Position numbers and translations under genes: made by a program. Shown here piece after piece: positions 10,375-20,936 of a stretch of 64,000 nucleotides of DNA (its first letter is position 1; each line of letters opens with the position of its first letter). The DNA lies in NCBI GenBank assembly GCA_963675665.1, contig OY776510.1:3104001-3168000 (forward strand), written 5' to 3'. The stretch is from Spirochaetia bacterium (GTDB lineage Bacteria > Spirochaetota > Spirochaetia > UBA9216). The notes under the pieces were generated by a model. That model did not search any database, was not told the origin of the DNA, and was given only the letters and a program-made list of their open reading frames with translations.

Positions 10375-12864
10375 ATGTTTAAGGGTTTGACACAGAGAGC
10401 ACAGAGAATACTGACAATTTTCGCACAGGAAGAAGCTAAAAGGTTTCATTCCGACCAGCTGCTACCTGAGCATATAATTCTGGCGATCATTAAGGAAGGA
10501 GAAGGCATCGGGTACAAGGCCATAAAAAATCTCGGTGTTGATCCTATTGAATTGCAGCTTGAAATAGAACGCAATATTCCAAAGAAACACAGCGGTCTGA
10601 TTCTGGGAGATGTACCGCCTTCAAGAAGAGGTAAAAAAATCCTTGAAGATTCGGCGGAAGAAGCCAGGAATCTTGGGCATGACTATATCGGAACAGAACA
10701 CCTGATAATCGCCGCAATAAATGAAAGCGGCAGTATAACATCAAGGTTTTTTATCAAACAGTCGGTCAGCCCTGAGAATGTACGCAATGCCGTTATGGAA
10801 TTACGCGGACCGGGCAATGTAAAACAGAAGCAGCCCATGCAACAGGAGCAGGCCAGGAAGAAACAGACTGTCAACGGAAAAAAAAGCACGCCTACTCTTG
10901 ACGAGTTTGCAAGGGAATTAACTGAATATGCCCGAGAGAACAAACTTGATCCGGTTATAGGCCGAGATAAGGAAATCCAGCGGGTAATCCAGATTCTGGC
11001 AAGAAGAAATAAAAACAATCCTGTTCTTATCGGAGAACCCGGTGTCGGCAAAACGGCTATTGTAGAAGGGCTTGCGCAGAAAATAGTTTTGGGAGAAGCA
11101 CCGGAAGTACTTATAGGCAAAAGGGTACTGACGCTGGATCTTGCCTCGCTGATTGCCGGGACAAAGTACAGAGGTGAATTTGAAGAACGGCTTAAAAGGG
11201 TTATGAAAGAAATAAGAGCAGCCGGGAATGTAATTCTTTTTATTGACGAACTGCATACAATTATCGGCGCAGGCGGTGCTGAAGGGGCTATAGACGCGTC
11301 GAATATGCTTAAGCCGGCTTTATCAAGGGGAGAGCTTCAATGTATCGGAGCTACAACACTGAACGAATATAAAAAATATATTGAAAAAGATGCCGCGCTT
11401 GAAAGACGTTTTCAGACAATACTGGTTGAAGAACCCAATGTGGATGATACCATTGCCATTCTGAAGGGAATAAAGCTTAATTATGAAGAGCATCATAATG
11501 TACGATACTCCGAAGAAGCACTGCAGGCTGCTGCAAAGCTTTCCGACAAGTATATATCTGACAGGTTTCTGCCGGACAAGGCAATTGATCTGATAGATGA
11601 AGCGGGATCTTACAAGAGGATAAATAACAGTATCAGGCCGAAAGAACTTGCAGATATGGAGAAAAAGATAGAAGACCTCACCCAGGAGAAAATTACACTG
11701 GTAAACAGTCAGAATTATGAAAAGGCTGCCGCTGTAAGAGATACCGTAAGAAAAATGAAGAGTGAAGTCGAAGAACTCAAGAAGGGATGGCAGGACAGCC
11801 TTAAACATGAGAAAAATGAGGTTGACGCAGACGATATTCAGGAATTAATCTCAAATATTACAGGAATACCGTTATTCAGGATTGCGCAATCCGAATCCGA
11901 ACGGCTGCTGAAGATTGAAGAAGAGCTTCATAAAACAGTAATCGGACAGGAAGACGGAATAAAGGTTATCGCATCTTCGATAAGACGTTCCAGGACCGGA
12001 TTAAGTTCTCCGTCAAGACCAATGGGTTCCTTTATTTTCCTGGGACCAACCGGCGTCGGAAAAACGCTTCTTGCAAAAACACTGGCTGAGTTTCTCTTTG
12101 GCAACCAGGATTCGCTGATACGTATCGACATGTCCGATTACATGGAAAAACATAATCTTTCAAGATTGGTCGGAGCTCCTCCGGGCTATGTAGGTTATGA
12201 GGAAGGCGGGATTCTTACAGAGCAGATAAGAAGAAGACCCTACAGTGTAATTTTACTGGATGAAATAGAAAAGGCACATCCGGACGTATTCAATCTTCTT
12301 TTACAGGTTCTGGAAGAAGGCGAACTTGCCGACAATCTTGGGCACAAGGTGTCTTTCCGCAATGCGGTATTGATTATGACCAGTAATGCCGGTGCAAGGG
12401 AAATATCAAGGGGATCTTCTCTGGGGTTTTCTGTTCACGAAGGTATTATGGATCACGGTGAAATTAAAACATCGGCAATGAATGAGTTGAAACGTGTTTT
12501 CAGGCCGGAGTTTCTTAACAGAATAGATGATATTGTTGTATTCCACAGCCTCGCAAAAAAAGAAGTTAGCGCCATTTTTGATATAATGATGTCAGAAGTT
12601 GCATTAAGACTTTTTGAAAACAATATTTTTATAGAAATCAGTAAAAAGGCAAAAGAAAAATTGATTGAAGACGGGTATGATGTTAAATTTGGAGCAAGAC
12701 CTCTGCGTCGTACTATTCAGAATGAGATAGAGGACCAGCTTTCAATGGAAATACTGAAAGGTAATTTTAAAAGCGGAGATCATATTCTGGTAGAGCTCAG
12801 AAACGAGAAGATTAAGTTCAGAAAGAAGCAGCCTCAGAAAATAGATGAGGCGCATGTTAAATAA
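10375..12864 (+). CDS. clpC: ATP-dependent Clp protease ATPase ClpC
   Basis: Clp N repeats, two Walker A motifs ([16 protein letters not shown]) and a UVR middle domain. Confidence 0.97.
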   Translation: MFKGLTQRAQRILTIFAQEEAKRFHSDQLLPEHIILAIIKEGEGIGYKAIKNLGVDPIELQLEIERNIPKKHSGLILGDVPPSRRGKKILEDSAEEARNLGHDYIGTEHLIIAAINESGSITSRFFIKQSVSPENVRNAVMELRGPGNVKQKQPMQQEQARKKQTVNGKKSTPTLDEFARELTEYARENKLDPVIGRDKEIQRVIQILARRNKNNPVLIGEPGVGKTAIVEGLAQKIVLGEAPEVLIGKRVLTLDLASLIAGTKYRGEFEERLKRVMKEIRAAGNVILFIDELHTIIGAGGAEGAIDASNMLKPALSRGELQCIGATTLNEYKKYIEKDAALERRFQTILVEEPNVDDTIAILKGIKLNYEEHHNVRYSEEALQAAAKLSDKYISDRFLPDKAIDLIDEAGSYKRINNSIRPKELADMEKKIEDLTQEKITLVNSQNYEKAAAVRDTVRKMKSEVEELKKGWQDSLKHEKNEVDADDIQELISNITGIPLFRIAQSESERLLKIEEELHKTVIGQEDGIKVIASSIRRSRTGLSSPSRPMGSFIFLGPTGVGKTLLAKTLAEFLFGNQDSLIRIDMSDYMEKHNLSRLVGAPPGYVGYEEGGILTEQIRRRPYSVILLDEIEKAHPDVFNLLLQVLEEGELADNLGHKVSFRNAVLIMTSNAGAREISRGSSLGFSVHEGIMDHGEIKTSAMNELKRVFRPEFLNRIDDIVVFHSLAKKEVSAIFDIMMSEVALRLFENNIFIEISKKAKEKLIEDGYDVKFGARPLRRTIQNEIEDQLSMEILKGNFKSGDHILVELRNEKIKFRKKQPQKIDEAHVK

Positions 12865-13477
12865 GCCTTTAAGCAGTATATTTTTCACAGCTTTCGATTT
12901 CGAAACAACAGGATTGTATCCTGAAAAGGACAGAATTATAGAGATCGGGGCTGTCAAATTTAATCTCGACGGTGAAGAGTACAGGTTCTCGGGGCTGATT
13001 AATCCGGGAATGAATATTCCTGAACAGGCTTCCGCCGTTAACGGCATATATGATTCAATGGTAGAAAACAAACCGGAAATCGGTAGTATTTTGCCTGATT
13101 TTGCCGATTTTATTAACGATACCGTGCTTGTTGCTCACAATATTGGTTTTGATGCAAGTTTCCTGACTTATACAGCTGCAAGAGAAGGTTTTAAATTACC
13201 GGATCTTGTCTGTCTTGATACTATTCAGCTTGCCAAAAAATATTTCAGCGGACATTACAGCTACAGTCTGGAAAACATAAGCAAAGCATTGGGTATAAGC
13301 ATTGAAAACGCACACCGTGCGGAAGACGATGCTGAAGCCTGTATGAAGCTTTTCAGGAAATGTCTGGACAAGATAGAAGATTATCAGTATCTCGAATTAA
13401 GAGGTTTGTTAAAGAAATCAGGCATAAGAAAAAAAAGTTTGTTAAGTAATTACGGTTTGGAAGGTTGGAAAAAATGA
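12854..13477 (+). CDS. DEDDh 3'-5' exonuclease (DnaQ-like)
   Basis: [14 protein letters not shown] and HRAEDDA motifs. Confidence 0.92.
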   Translation: MLNKPLSSIFFTAFDFETTGLYPEKDRIIEIGAVKFNLDGEEYRFSGLINPGMNIPEQASAVNGIYDSMVENKPEIGSILPDFADFINDTVLVAHNIGFDASFLTYTAAREGFKLPDLVCLDTIQLAKKYFSGHYSYSLENISKALGISIENAHRAEDDAEACMKLFRKCLDKIEDYQYLELRGLLKKSGIRKKSLLSNYGLEGWKK

Positions 13478-14403
13478 ATCTTGAAGCATTTGTACTCGGA
13501 ACAGGCGGCATGATGCCGCTTCCTCACAGATTTCTTACTTCCGTTCTTCTGAGAAGAGAAGGAGAACTCTTTCTTTTTGATTGCGGAGAGGCCACACAGA
13601 TAAGTTTAAGAAAGCTTAATCTTAAGTGGAAAAAAATAACTGCTATTTTCATATCGCATACGCATGCTGATCATATAACCGGACTGCCCGGAATACTGAT
13701 GCTGTCGTCCCAGGTTGACAGAAATGAACCCTTGTATATATACGGGCCGCCTAAAATACGCGAGTATGTTGAGACAAGCAGAAAAGTACTCGATATGTAT
13801 ATAAATTACGAGATAATCGTTGAAGAAATAAGGGAAGACGGTCCGGTTTATAAAGGGGAGGGGTTTAAAATAGACTCATTCAGCCTGTCTCATACGAAAC
13901 CTTGCGTGGGTTATACATTAACGGAAGATCACCGTCCGGGTGTTTTTTACCCGGAAAAAGCTGAAGAATTAAAAGTCCCGAAGGGACCGTTGTGGTCTTC
14001 GCTTCAGAAGGGAGAAAATGTTGTTCTGGAAAGCGGGGAAACAGTAAAACCCGAAGATGTACTGGGAGATGAACGTTCAGGCCGGAAATTTTCATATGTA
14101 ACGGATACTGTATATCTTGAAAAAATATCAAAACATGTAGGTAATTCTGATTTATTCATCTGTGAAGGGATGTTCAAACATGAGCTTGAAGAAGATGCTG
14201 CTGAAAAAATGCATATGACTGCAGTTCAGGCGGCTGAAACGGCAAAGACCGCAGGCGGCGTTAAAAAGATGGGTCTTATCCATTACAGTCCCAGGTATAT
14301 AGAATCAGACTTGCGCGCTATGCTTAAAGAGGCAAAAGAGATTTTCCCCGCTACTTTTCTTACCCGCGACGGGCAGTATATTTCCATTCCGAATGTCGAC
14401 TGA
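13474..14403 (+). CDS. rnz: Ribonuclease Z
   Basis: LGTGG, DCGE, HTHADHITG, the GP-rich exosite and HYSPRY. Confidence 0.95.
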   Translation: MNLEAFVLGTGGMMPLPHRFLTSVLLRREGELFLFDCGEATQISLRKLNLKWKKITAIFISHTHADHITGLPGILMLSSQVDRNEPLYIYGPPKIREYVETSRKVLDMYINYEIIVEEIREDGPVYKGEGFKIDSFSLSHTKPCVGYTLTEDHRPGVFYPEKAEELKVPKGPLWSSLQKGENVVLESGETVKPEDVLGDERSGRKFSYVTDTVYLEKISKHVGNSDLFICEGMFKHELEEDAAEKMHMTAVQAAETAKTAGGVKKMGLIHYSPRYIESDLRAMLKEAKEIFPATFLTRDGQYISIPNVD

Positions 14404-14405
14404 TT

Positions 14406-15572
14406 CTAAAGCGTCGATGCAATATATTCACGGTATTTATTGAGATCAGTGCGAAAAGAAATTGTCGTACTGTCCGGCTCGGATTCAGCACGTGAAAGTG
14501 CAGCCTTCGCTTCGTGAATCATGCGGTTTTCGCTGAGAAGACGGCTGTTGCGTGAGGTTAGGCCGGCATAGACTTTATATGACGAGTCAGGAAATCTTGA
14601 AACAAGACTCTTTCTGAATCTTTCTATTTCATTCAGACCTTCATCGATATCTTTTTCGGGAATTATAACGCAGAAAGTGTGTTCACCTGCTTCAAAAGCA
14701 AGATCCTTATAGGTGAAATGTTCAACAATAAGTTCGGAAATATTACGATAAGGAATAAAACCTGACGGGCTTATTACACTGATAAACGCAAGACAGCTGT
14801 CCTGATCAAAAGACGCGGCGCGCTTTAGTTCGGCCTCAAGTTTTTCACCCAGAAAATGTTCCCAAACAAGTCCGCTGCGTTCGGAATACAATCCCGTTGA
14901 GGCTTGTGATGAGTCATTTTGTGATATGTATTCTGTTGATAGTGCAGGTTCTGTCGAAACCGGAGTAATGGATGATTCGTCTGTTTCTGCTGCCATTGCG
15001 GGCTCGGAAATAGATTCGTATGAAATATTACTCTGTTTGCGGGTGAGAAAAACGATAATAATGATTAAAATATAAATCAGTGAAGCTATAAGGGCATTGC
15101 GCAGAGCAGGAAAAAACAGGTTTCTGTCCATTAAATTGAAAAGAAGAACAGTTTTAACGGAAACGCCGTTGTCAAAATATAGTTTGTTTTCATATTGTCG
15201 AAAAAAAGGCTGTTTAAGAAAGATCTCAGGTTCCCAGCCGGCGAGATTGCCTGTGCCGGGAGGATTAGATAAAATACTGGAGTCATTCAACTTTATATAT
15301 TCAGGCCCTCTGTCGGAATATATAAGAACCCCTTTCAGCGAAGGATAAATATTAAAAAGTTTGTTCACATCTGCAATGAAATATTCTGTAGAAAAAGAAT
15401 AATCGATGGAATAAGCACTTTCGATTTCAGAATTTATTCTGATGGAAACTTCTGTCGATGTATTATATGCGTTTTCCCTTTCTGTATATATCGAATACCC
15501 GGAATAAAACACAATCAGAAGATAAAAAACAATACTTATTGTAAAAAATATTTTTATACCTTTAGTTGCCAT
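14406..15572 (-). CDS. Membrane protein with degenerate GGDEF-like domain
   Basis: Two TM segments flank a periplasmic region. The C-terminal domain begins LEAELKRA and has AGEHT where GGDEF is expected. Confidence 0.7.
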   Translation of the reverse strand: MATKGIKIFFTISIVFYLLIVFYSGYSIYTERENAYNTSTEVSIRINSEIESAYSIDYSFSTEYFIADVNKLFNIYPSLKGVLIYSDRGPEYIKLNDSSILSNPPGTGNLAGWEPEIFLKQPFFRQYENKLYFDNGVSVKTVLLFNLMDRNLFFPALRNALIASLIYILIIIIVFLTRKQSNISYESISEPAMAAETDESSITPVSTEPALSTEYISQNDSSQASTGLYSERSGLVWEHFLGEKLEAELKRAASFDQDSCLAFISVISPSGFIPYRNISELIVEHFTYKDLAFEAGEHTFCVIIPEKDIDEGLNEIERFRKSLVSRFPDSSYKVYAGLTSRNSRLLSENRMIHEAKAALSRAESEPDSTTISFRTDLNKYREYIASTL

Positions 15573-15652
15573 ATATATTATTATACGGAAGAAAATGGAT
15601 ATGTATATACTTTTTTTTACAAAAAAATATCAACATAAGCTATAATTTTGTT

Positions 15653-16471
15653 ATGAAAAGAAGGAATTTGCTTGCAGGCAGCTGGTATCCGGAAAGTGAA
15701 ACTGAGGTATCGGAGTTACTTGGCAGGTGGACGGATGATATTAAGGTTTATGATGAAAAGTATGCCGCAATTGTACCGCATGCAGGATGGTTTTATTCCG
15801 GGCGAATAGCCGCCAGGGTGCTAAAACAGCTTTGTTATAAAAAAGAACTACTGATAATAATCGGCGGTCATCTGCATCCCGGAAGCAGCATATTAGCCGC
15901 ATATGAGGAAGAGATTGAGCTTCCTTTAAAATCAGTCAAAAACAGGATTGAATTACTGGATAAATTAAGAAAAGAGATTCGTATCAAAGAGGACGTATAT
16001 CAGGACAACACTGTAGAAGTTGTTGCAGCTATGATCTCGTACTTTTCGCCTGAAGCTGAGATTTTATGGTTAAGGGCACCGGCCGACAGCCAGTCAGTAT
16101 CTCTTGCTGAAGCAGTATTTAAGTTGATGACAACTGAAAATATTAATGCTGCTGTAATAGGATCAACTGATTTAACTCATTACGGAAGCAATTATTCTTT
16201 TAAACCGAAAGGAAGCGGTAAAGACGCTTTGCAGTGGGTTAAGGAAGTAAATGATGCAGAGTTGATTAATATGCTGCTTGAATTTGATTATAAAAATGCT
16301 ATTGAGCATGCTATTAAAAAAAAATCTGCATGTTCGATTGGTGCAGCAATAGCTGCAGCAAGATTTGCCGAGCTCAACGGGGCAGAAAGAGGAATCCTGG
16401 AAGAATACGCTACCAGTTATGATATAACGCCTGCTGAATCGTTTGTGGGATATGCCGGAATATTATATTAG
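15653..16471 (+). CDS. amrB: AmmeMemoRadiSam system protein B (MEMO1 family)
   Basis: AGSWYP, VPHAGWFYSG, STDLTHYG and SFVGYAG motifs. Confidence 0.9.
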   Translation: MKRRNLLAGSWYPESETEVSELLGRWTDDIKVYDEKYAAIVPHAGWFYSGRIAARVLKQLCYKKELLIIIGGHLHPGSSILAAYEEEIELPLKSVKNRIELLDKLRKEIRIKEDVYQDNTVEVVAAMISYFSPEAEILWLRAPADSQSVSLAEAVFKLMTTENINAAVIGSTDLTHYGSNYSFKPKGSGKDALQWVKEVNDAELINMLLEFDYKNAIEHAIKKKSACSIGAAIAAARFAELNGAERGILEEYATSYDITPAESFVGYAGILY

Positions 16472-18120
16472 TCAAGGTACTTTTTAATTATATCAAGAGC
16501 CCAGCTTCTTACTTCGTTAAGAATGAAAGAAGAATTAATATTCATATGTTTATATTTTTTCCGAAAGACAGCAGCAACGGGAAAAAGGGTAGTCCAGATA
16601 TCTTTATCGGTGTATTCAAGTTTTGAGAAATATACAGCCGGGTTCGTTTCAGGAACCGGCAATGATTCAAGTCTCTTTCCATAGGAATTAAGAAAATCTT
16701 TCCAGCCGGATCTTGAACTTCCGGCGGAGAACAGGGGAAAAGCGTCAACATTCTTTTCTTTTTTGTCAACATTGATAGTCTCACCCAAACCGCCAACAGG
16801 AATAATCCTGGCATTAATTTCACCAGAAAAAATCTCCAGCCTTTCCTTGTAACTTATCATCGGCCTGGTGTTGTATCTGTAACCATAGTCTGTTTTTATC
16901 ATTCTGATATTATCGTTTCGGTAAAGAAAGTCATAGAAACTGGATTCTATCGGTTTGACACGCCGGTTTCTGCTGCTGAAATAAGGATAAATATACGTAC
17001 CGCGTGCATAACTTTTTCCTTCGGGATATGAAAAATCAGCACCGTAAATATAGATGTTACGGGCTCCGAGACTGTCGGCAAGGGAGATTGCCGCATGGGT
17101 GACATTCCCGCCTGAAGTGTCGACATAGGGAAATTTTCTCCAGTTTCTGTTAACATATCTGGAAAACGGATGTCCGCTTGTAAAGAAAATTACATTGTCT
17201 GAAAGACCGGCAAGATATCTTGGAGATGCCAGATCCATAACAAGCGGAATCTCACGCGGATAACCGGCCATAAAATGATGATAGGTAATATGCTGGCAAT
17301 CAATTGAAATAACCAAATCCGGAACGATAGAGTTTTTAAGAAGACATGATAATGCCGTATCGGTAGATATAAGGTAACTTTCATCCCTGTGAGACAAAAT
17401 ATGATCGAGATGTATTTCAAGGGAAGGACCGGCGGCAGCTATGCAGATATTTTTTTGCGGCCTGAGGACGGAAAATGATTTTTCAGCTGCTTTAAGATTT
17501 GATATGGAATTTATAAACCATCGTTTGCCGAACCACGTCTGGACTGTGTAATCGTCTGATAAAGTATCAAGAACATCCTGAATTTTTGTAAAGATTGAAA
17601 GGAAATATTCTTTTTCAGATTCTACTCTTGAACGAAGTTGTAAAGTTCTGAAATCACCAGTAACAGCCGGAAGGTAGTTGGACGGAAGATAATCACTTAT
17701 GAATTCAGAGGTTTTATCGATAAGCAAAGAAATTCTTGAGTCTGAAAAAATATCGGACATATCTATTCTTGTTAAGATTTTTTTTATTATATCGATATCT
17801 TTCTCAATTATCAGAATACCGTTTACATCCGGCTTTTCGAGTAAGGCTTTGATATGGTATCCGGCTCCGAGACCAAAAACAACAATATACCCACCCCCTT
17901 TAATAGAATCTGCATATCGCTGAGCTTCCTTCGCCGGGTCAAACATTGAATGAAGAGAATATTCTCTTCCGTTAACTTCAAAGACGGGAACAATCAGGTT
18001 AGTCTTTGAAACTTTAAATCTGATTCTATCTGAAATATCACCTTTTGTAAGTTCGGCTGCAGCTTCCTTGTTGTGTAGTGAAAGTGAAAGAAGGTTCCTG
18101 TCGAGCATATTATCCGTCAT
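16468..18120 (-). CDS. Maf / DUF115 (MptE-like) putative flagellin glycosyltransferase
   Basis: LHSMFDP, GLGAGYH, AAAGPSL, PDLVISID, GGNVTH and GADFSY motifs. Confidence 0.85.
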   Translation of the reverse strand: MTDNMLDRNLLSLSLHNKEAAAELTKGDISDRIRFKVSKTNLIVPVFEVNGREYSLHSMFDPAKEAQRYADSIKGGGYIVVFGLGAGYHIKALLEKPDVNGILIIEKDIDIIKKILTRIDMSDIFSDSRISLLIDKTSEFISDYLPSNYLPAVTGDFRTLQLRSRVESEKEYFLSIFTKIQDVLDTLSDDYTVQTWFGKRWFINSISNLKAAEKSFSVLRPQKNICIAAAGPSLEIHLDHILSHRDESYLISTDTALSCLLKNSIVPDLVISIDCQHITYHHFMAGYPREIPLVMDLASPRYLAGLSDNVIFFTSGHPFSRYVNRNWRKFPYVDTSGGNVTHAAISLADSLGARNIYIYGADFSYPEGKSYARGTYIYPYFSSRNRRVKPIESSFYDFLYRNDNIRMIKTDYGYRYNTRPMISYKERLEIFSGEINARIIPVGGLGETINVDKKEKNVDAFPLFSAGSSRSGWKDFLNSYGKRLESLPVPETNPAVYFSKLEYTDKDIWTTLFPVAAVFRKKYKHMNINSSFILNEVRSWALDIIKKYLD

Positions 18121-19669
18121 ATAAATTAAATCCTGATAAATAATTGAGGGCTTTATCAATAATATAGTATGCTTTATTTTGTACTTCTGATCCGGTTTTA
18201 TAAGAATAATGTCTTTTAAACTCAAGAAGCTCAGGTAAAAAAAGATTATTAAAAACCGGGTTATTCAGTATATTGAAAATAAACATACCTGAATCATTTT
18301 CTTTTATATCGCCAAGTAAAGAAGTAAGAGAATTCCTGAAATGTCGAAGGCAGTTGTCAACAAGATCCTGTTTCTGCAACAGGGAACTATTACTGACTTT
18401 CTTAAGGTTGATTTTGCAATTTATATCAAGAAGCTGTTCTGCCTCTTTATAGCCGATATTTGTAAATGATCCGGGGGGCTTTGTATGATAGTTTAGAAAA
18501 AAGACTCTGCTGCTGAACCTGGAACTGTTTGCAGCAAACCAGCCGGAATAAACTTTCAAAGCATGTGTGATTCTTCTTGATTCATCAACAGGTTTTGAGT
18601 TGATTATATTACGCCTATAGTAGATATCAGTTAACGGGAAAGTTCTGGAACTGTTTTGTTCAATAAAATTTTCAAAGCTATGCGGTCTGACATGGCTGAG
18701 CAAGTCAATGAAAGAAAAATCAAGACCGCTTAAAAAAACAGGACCGGATGAATATTTAAATGAATAAAAAAGAGCGCTTCCGGCAACAGTACCGTTGGAC
18801 GGAAGATTTATAAACAGATTAGTATTACAAAGAAGGGGTGCATCAAGGAAGTAGTTCTGAGAAACAGGAATAGTAATATTATCGAAAAAGGTATGAGGAA
18901 CTGAAGCAGAGTAGGGCAGTATCAAAGGATAGCTTTCAAATCCTGCAAGATGCAGTTTCGCCCAATAGCCGGGATCTGTTGAAATAATAAGATTCGGACG
19001 GATTTCATGAAATCTTAAATAATGTAAAGCCGACGGTAGTGCAAGAAGAATAAATCTGTCCCGATTCTTTTTAATAAAATCAATGTCGTTCTCAAGGTTT
19101 GGTCCTGAGCCTGCAACAACAACAGGATGATTGGTTCTGTCAATAGAGTAAGAATCTGCAGATATACTAAAATTTTTAATATAATTCGAAAACATGCGTT
19201 TTCCAAACCCCGAAGTGGTTGTTATATTTCCGTGTAATTCTCTTAAAAACCCCCACAAACAGGATTTAAGCCAGTCTGATAATTCCGTGAAATGATTAAG
19301 AGACGGCGGCCAGCTTATTATCTTCAATCCCTCAACATCAGTTTCTTTTATATATTCCCTGATTTTGTTAATATAAGCAGGATTGGCGCTGTCAACGAGC
19401 AAAGAGAAATCGGAGCTCGGGGATTCCCTGATAAAGAAGTCGTTAACAAAATGAATGGAAATAATTTTTGAGTTTGGTATGTTTTTTTTTATAACCCCGG
19501 CGAGATAATTCAGACAAGGTTCAATGAGGATAAATGTACTGTAGTTTTCAAGTTTATTTTTTTTAAAAAACTTGACAGCCTCATTAACCGGAGAATAAGC
19601 AGAATGCATGTATTTGTCAGAAAGCCTGGCGGTAGGAAAACCGCTTTTACTGCTCTCAATTTCTATCAT
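18110..19669 (-). CDS. Maf / DUF115 (MptE-like) putative flagellin glycosyltransferase, second paralog
   Basis: MHSAYSP, AGSGPNL, PNLIISTD, GTVA and GLDFS motifs. Confidence 0.8.
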   Translation of the reverse strand: MIEIESSKSGFPTARLSDKYMHSAYSPVNEAVKFFKKNKLENYSTFILIEPCLNYLAGVIKKNIPNSKIISIHFVNDFFIRESPSSDFSLLVDSANPAYINKIREYIKETDVEGLKIISWPPSLNHFTELSDWLKSCLWGFLRELHGNITTTSGFGKRMFSNYIKNFSISADSYSIDRTNHPVVVAGSGPNLENDIDFIKKNRDRFILLALPSALHYLRFHEIRPNLIISTDPGYWAKLHLAGFESYPLILPYSASVPHTFFDNITIPVSQNYFLDAPLLCNTNLFINLPSNGTVAGSALFYSFKYSSGPVFLSGLDFSFIDLLSHVRPHSFENFIEQNSSRTFPLTDIYYRRNIINSKPVDESRRITHALKVYSGWFAANSSRFSSRVFFLNYHTKPPGSFTNIGYKEAEQLLDINCKINLKKVSNSSLLQKQDLVDNCLRHFRNSLTSLLGDIKENDSGMFIFNILNNPVFNNLFLPELLEFKRHYSYKTGSEVQNKAYYIIDKALNYLSGFNLYDG

Positions 19670-20936
19670 AGATTTTCAATAACAAAATCATTTATTCTAT
19701 CTGCAAGATCTTCTCCCACCGTTTGAATCTCATTTACAACGATTTTTGGTTTATTAAAAATCTTGCTTTTATCGAAAAGGGAAAGAAGACTTGCAGTCAT
19801 CTGATTTTCGATGATTGAATTATTACTTGTCAGGCCAGACAGAAATACAATAACAATCCGGCACTCTGTAATTTTTATTATAAAACTGGAACCGAAAAGC
19901 ATAGAGTTGTACATGCTGAAAATATTGTTTTCAACTATAAAATGATCAATGGTTTCATCGTTTTCAATAAGTGTATCTATTATATCCTTATAATCAATAA
20001 AAATTATTTTAGTATTTTCAAAAGTTTTATCTGAAAACTTTGCAAGTCTGCCTGTAAGAGTTTCATGAAAAGATTCAACGGTTATTGGAGGATCAACAGG
20101 TTTGGGCAGAGTATTAATAATTCTGGAACGGCTGTTATAAAAAAATTCTGAACTTTTCCTGGTAAACAGTGATGCAAAATCTTTAAACTTTGGGTTTTCA
20201 GAGGTTGTTGAATTAAAAAGTAGAAGAAGACCGAAAATAATATCATGATAGCTGATAAGCATTATATCAATATTTTCAATGGTATCCCAGAGCCGCTTGG
20301 AGAGATATTTCTTGAAAATATTTTTTGATATACCCGAATATATTTCACTCCCGCTGAAAACAAGATTGTTTTCCTGTATATATTTAAGTTCAATTCTGCA
20401 TCTTCTGAGACTCGTTTCATCTATTCCGAGAGATGCGAATGGTATGAATAAATTCGAATCACTTTCAAAAGTAAGGAAAAGCCCGGAATTGAAATTAAAA
20501 GAATGTATTGCAATTGAAAAAATTTGTGACGGTAAATCCATCCCTGTAGTAATAGCATTAAAACTATTTGTAAGAAGATTGTAGTCGGGCTGCCAGGGGG
20601 TGTCTTTTTCATCATTGATAAAATCAGGAAGTCCCTCAATCTCTGATTCGTCCGGCAACTCTGCTTCAGGTAGTTCTGCAAGCTCTTCAGGTAGTTCTGC
20701 AAGCTCTTCTTCATTTTTTTTATCATCGCGATTTTCTTCTGAAGAGGGAAGAATAATGTCGAGATCAATTATATCGTTTCTGTTTTCGGAAAAATCAGGA
20801 AGATCCGGCGGAATAATAATCTGTTCTTCTGCAATTAATTCTGTAGAAGAGGCTTCGTTAAATGAACTTTTTTTTTTTTGTCGTCAAGATGGAGAGCTCT
20901 GTTAAGGAGCCCTCCGGAAGTATATTTAGTAATCAT
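19666..20936 (-). CDS. Hypothetical protein (acidic linker plus GAF-like region) split by a frameshift at an A12 tract
   Basis: The ATG at 20936 overlaps the upstream stop (TAATG) but its frame ends after 33 aa at 20835. The long frame (19666-20883) has no ATG near its 5' end. One extra A at 20868-20879 joins them into 423 aa. Confidence 0.7.
20664..20708 (-). repeat. 21-bp tandem repeat x2 (EELAELP)
   Basis: cttcaggtagttctgcaagct occurs twice in tandem. Confidence 0.85.
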
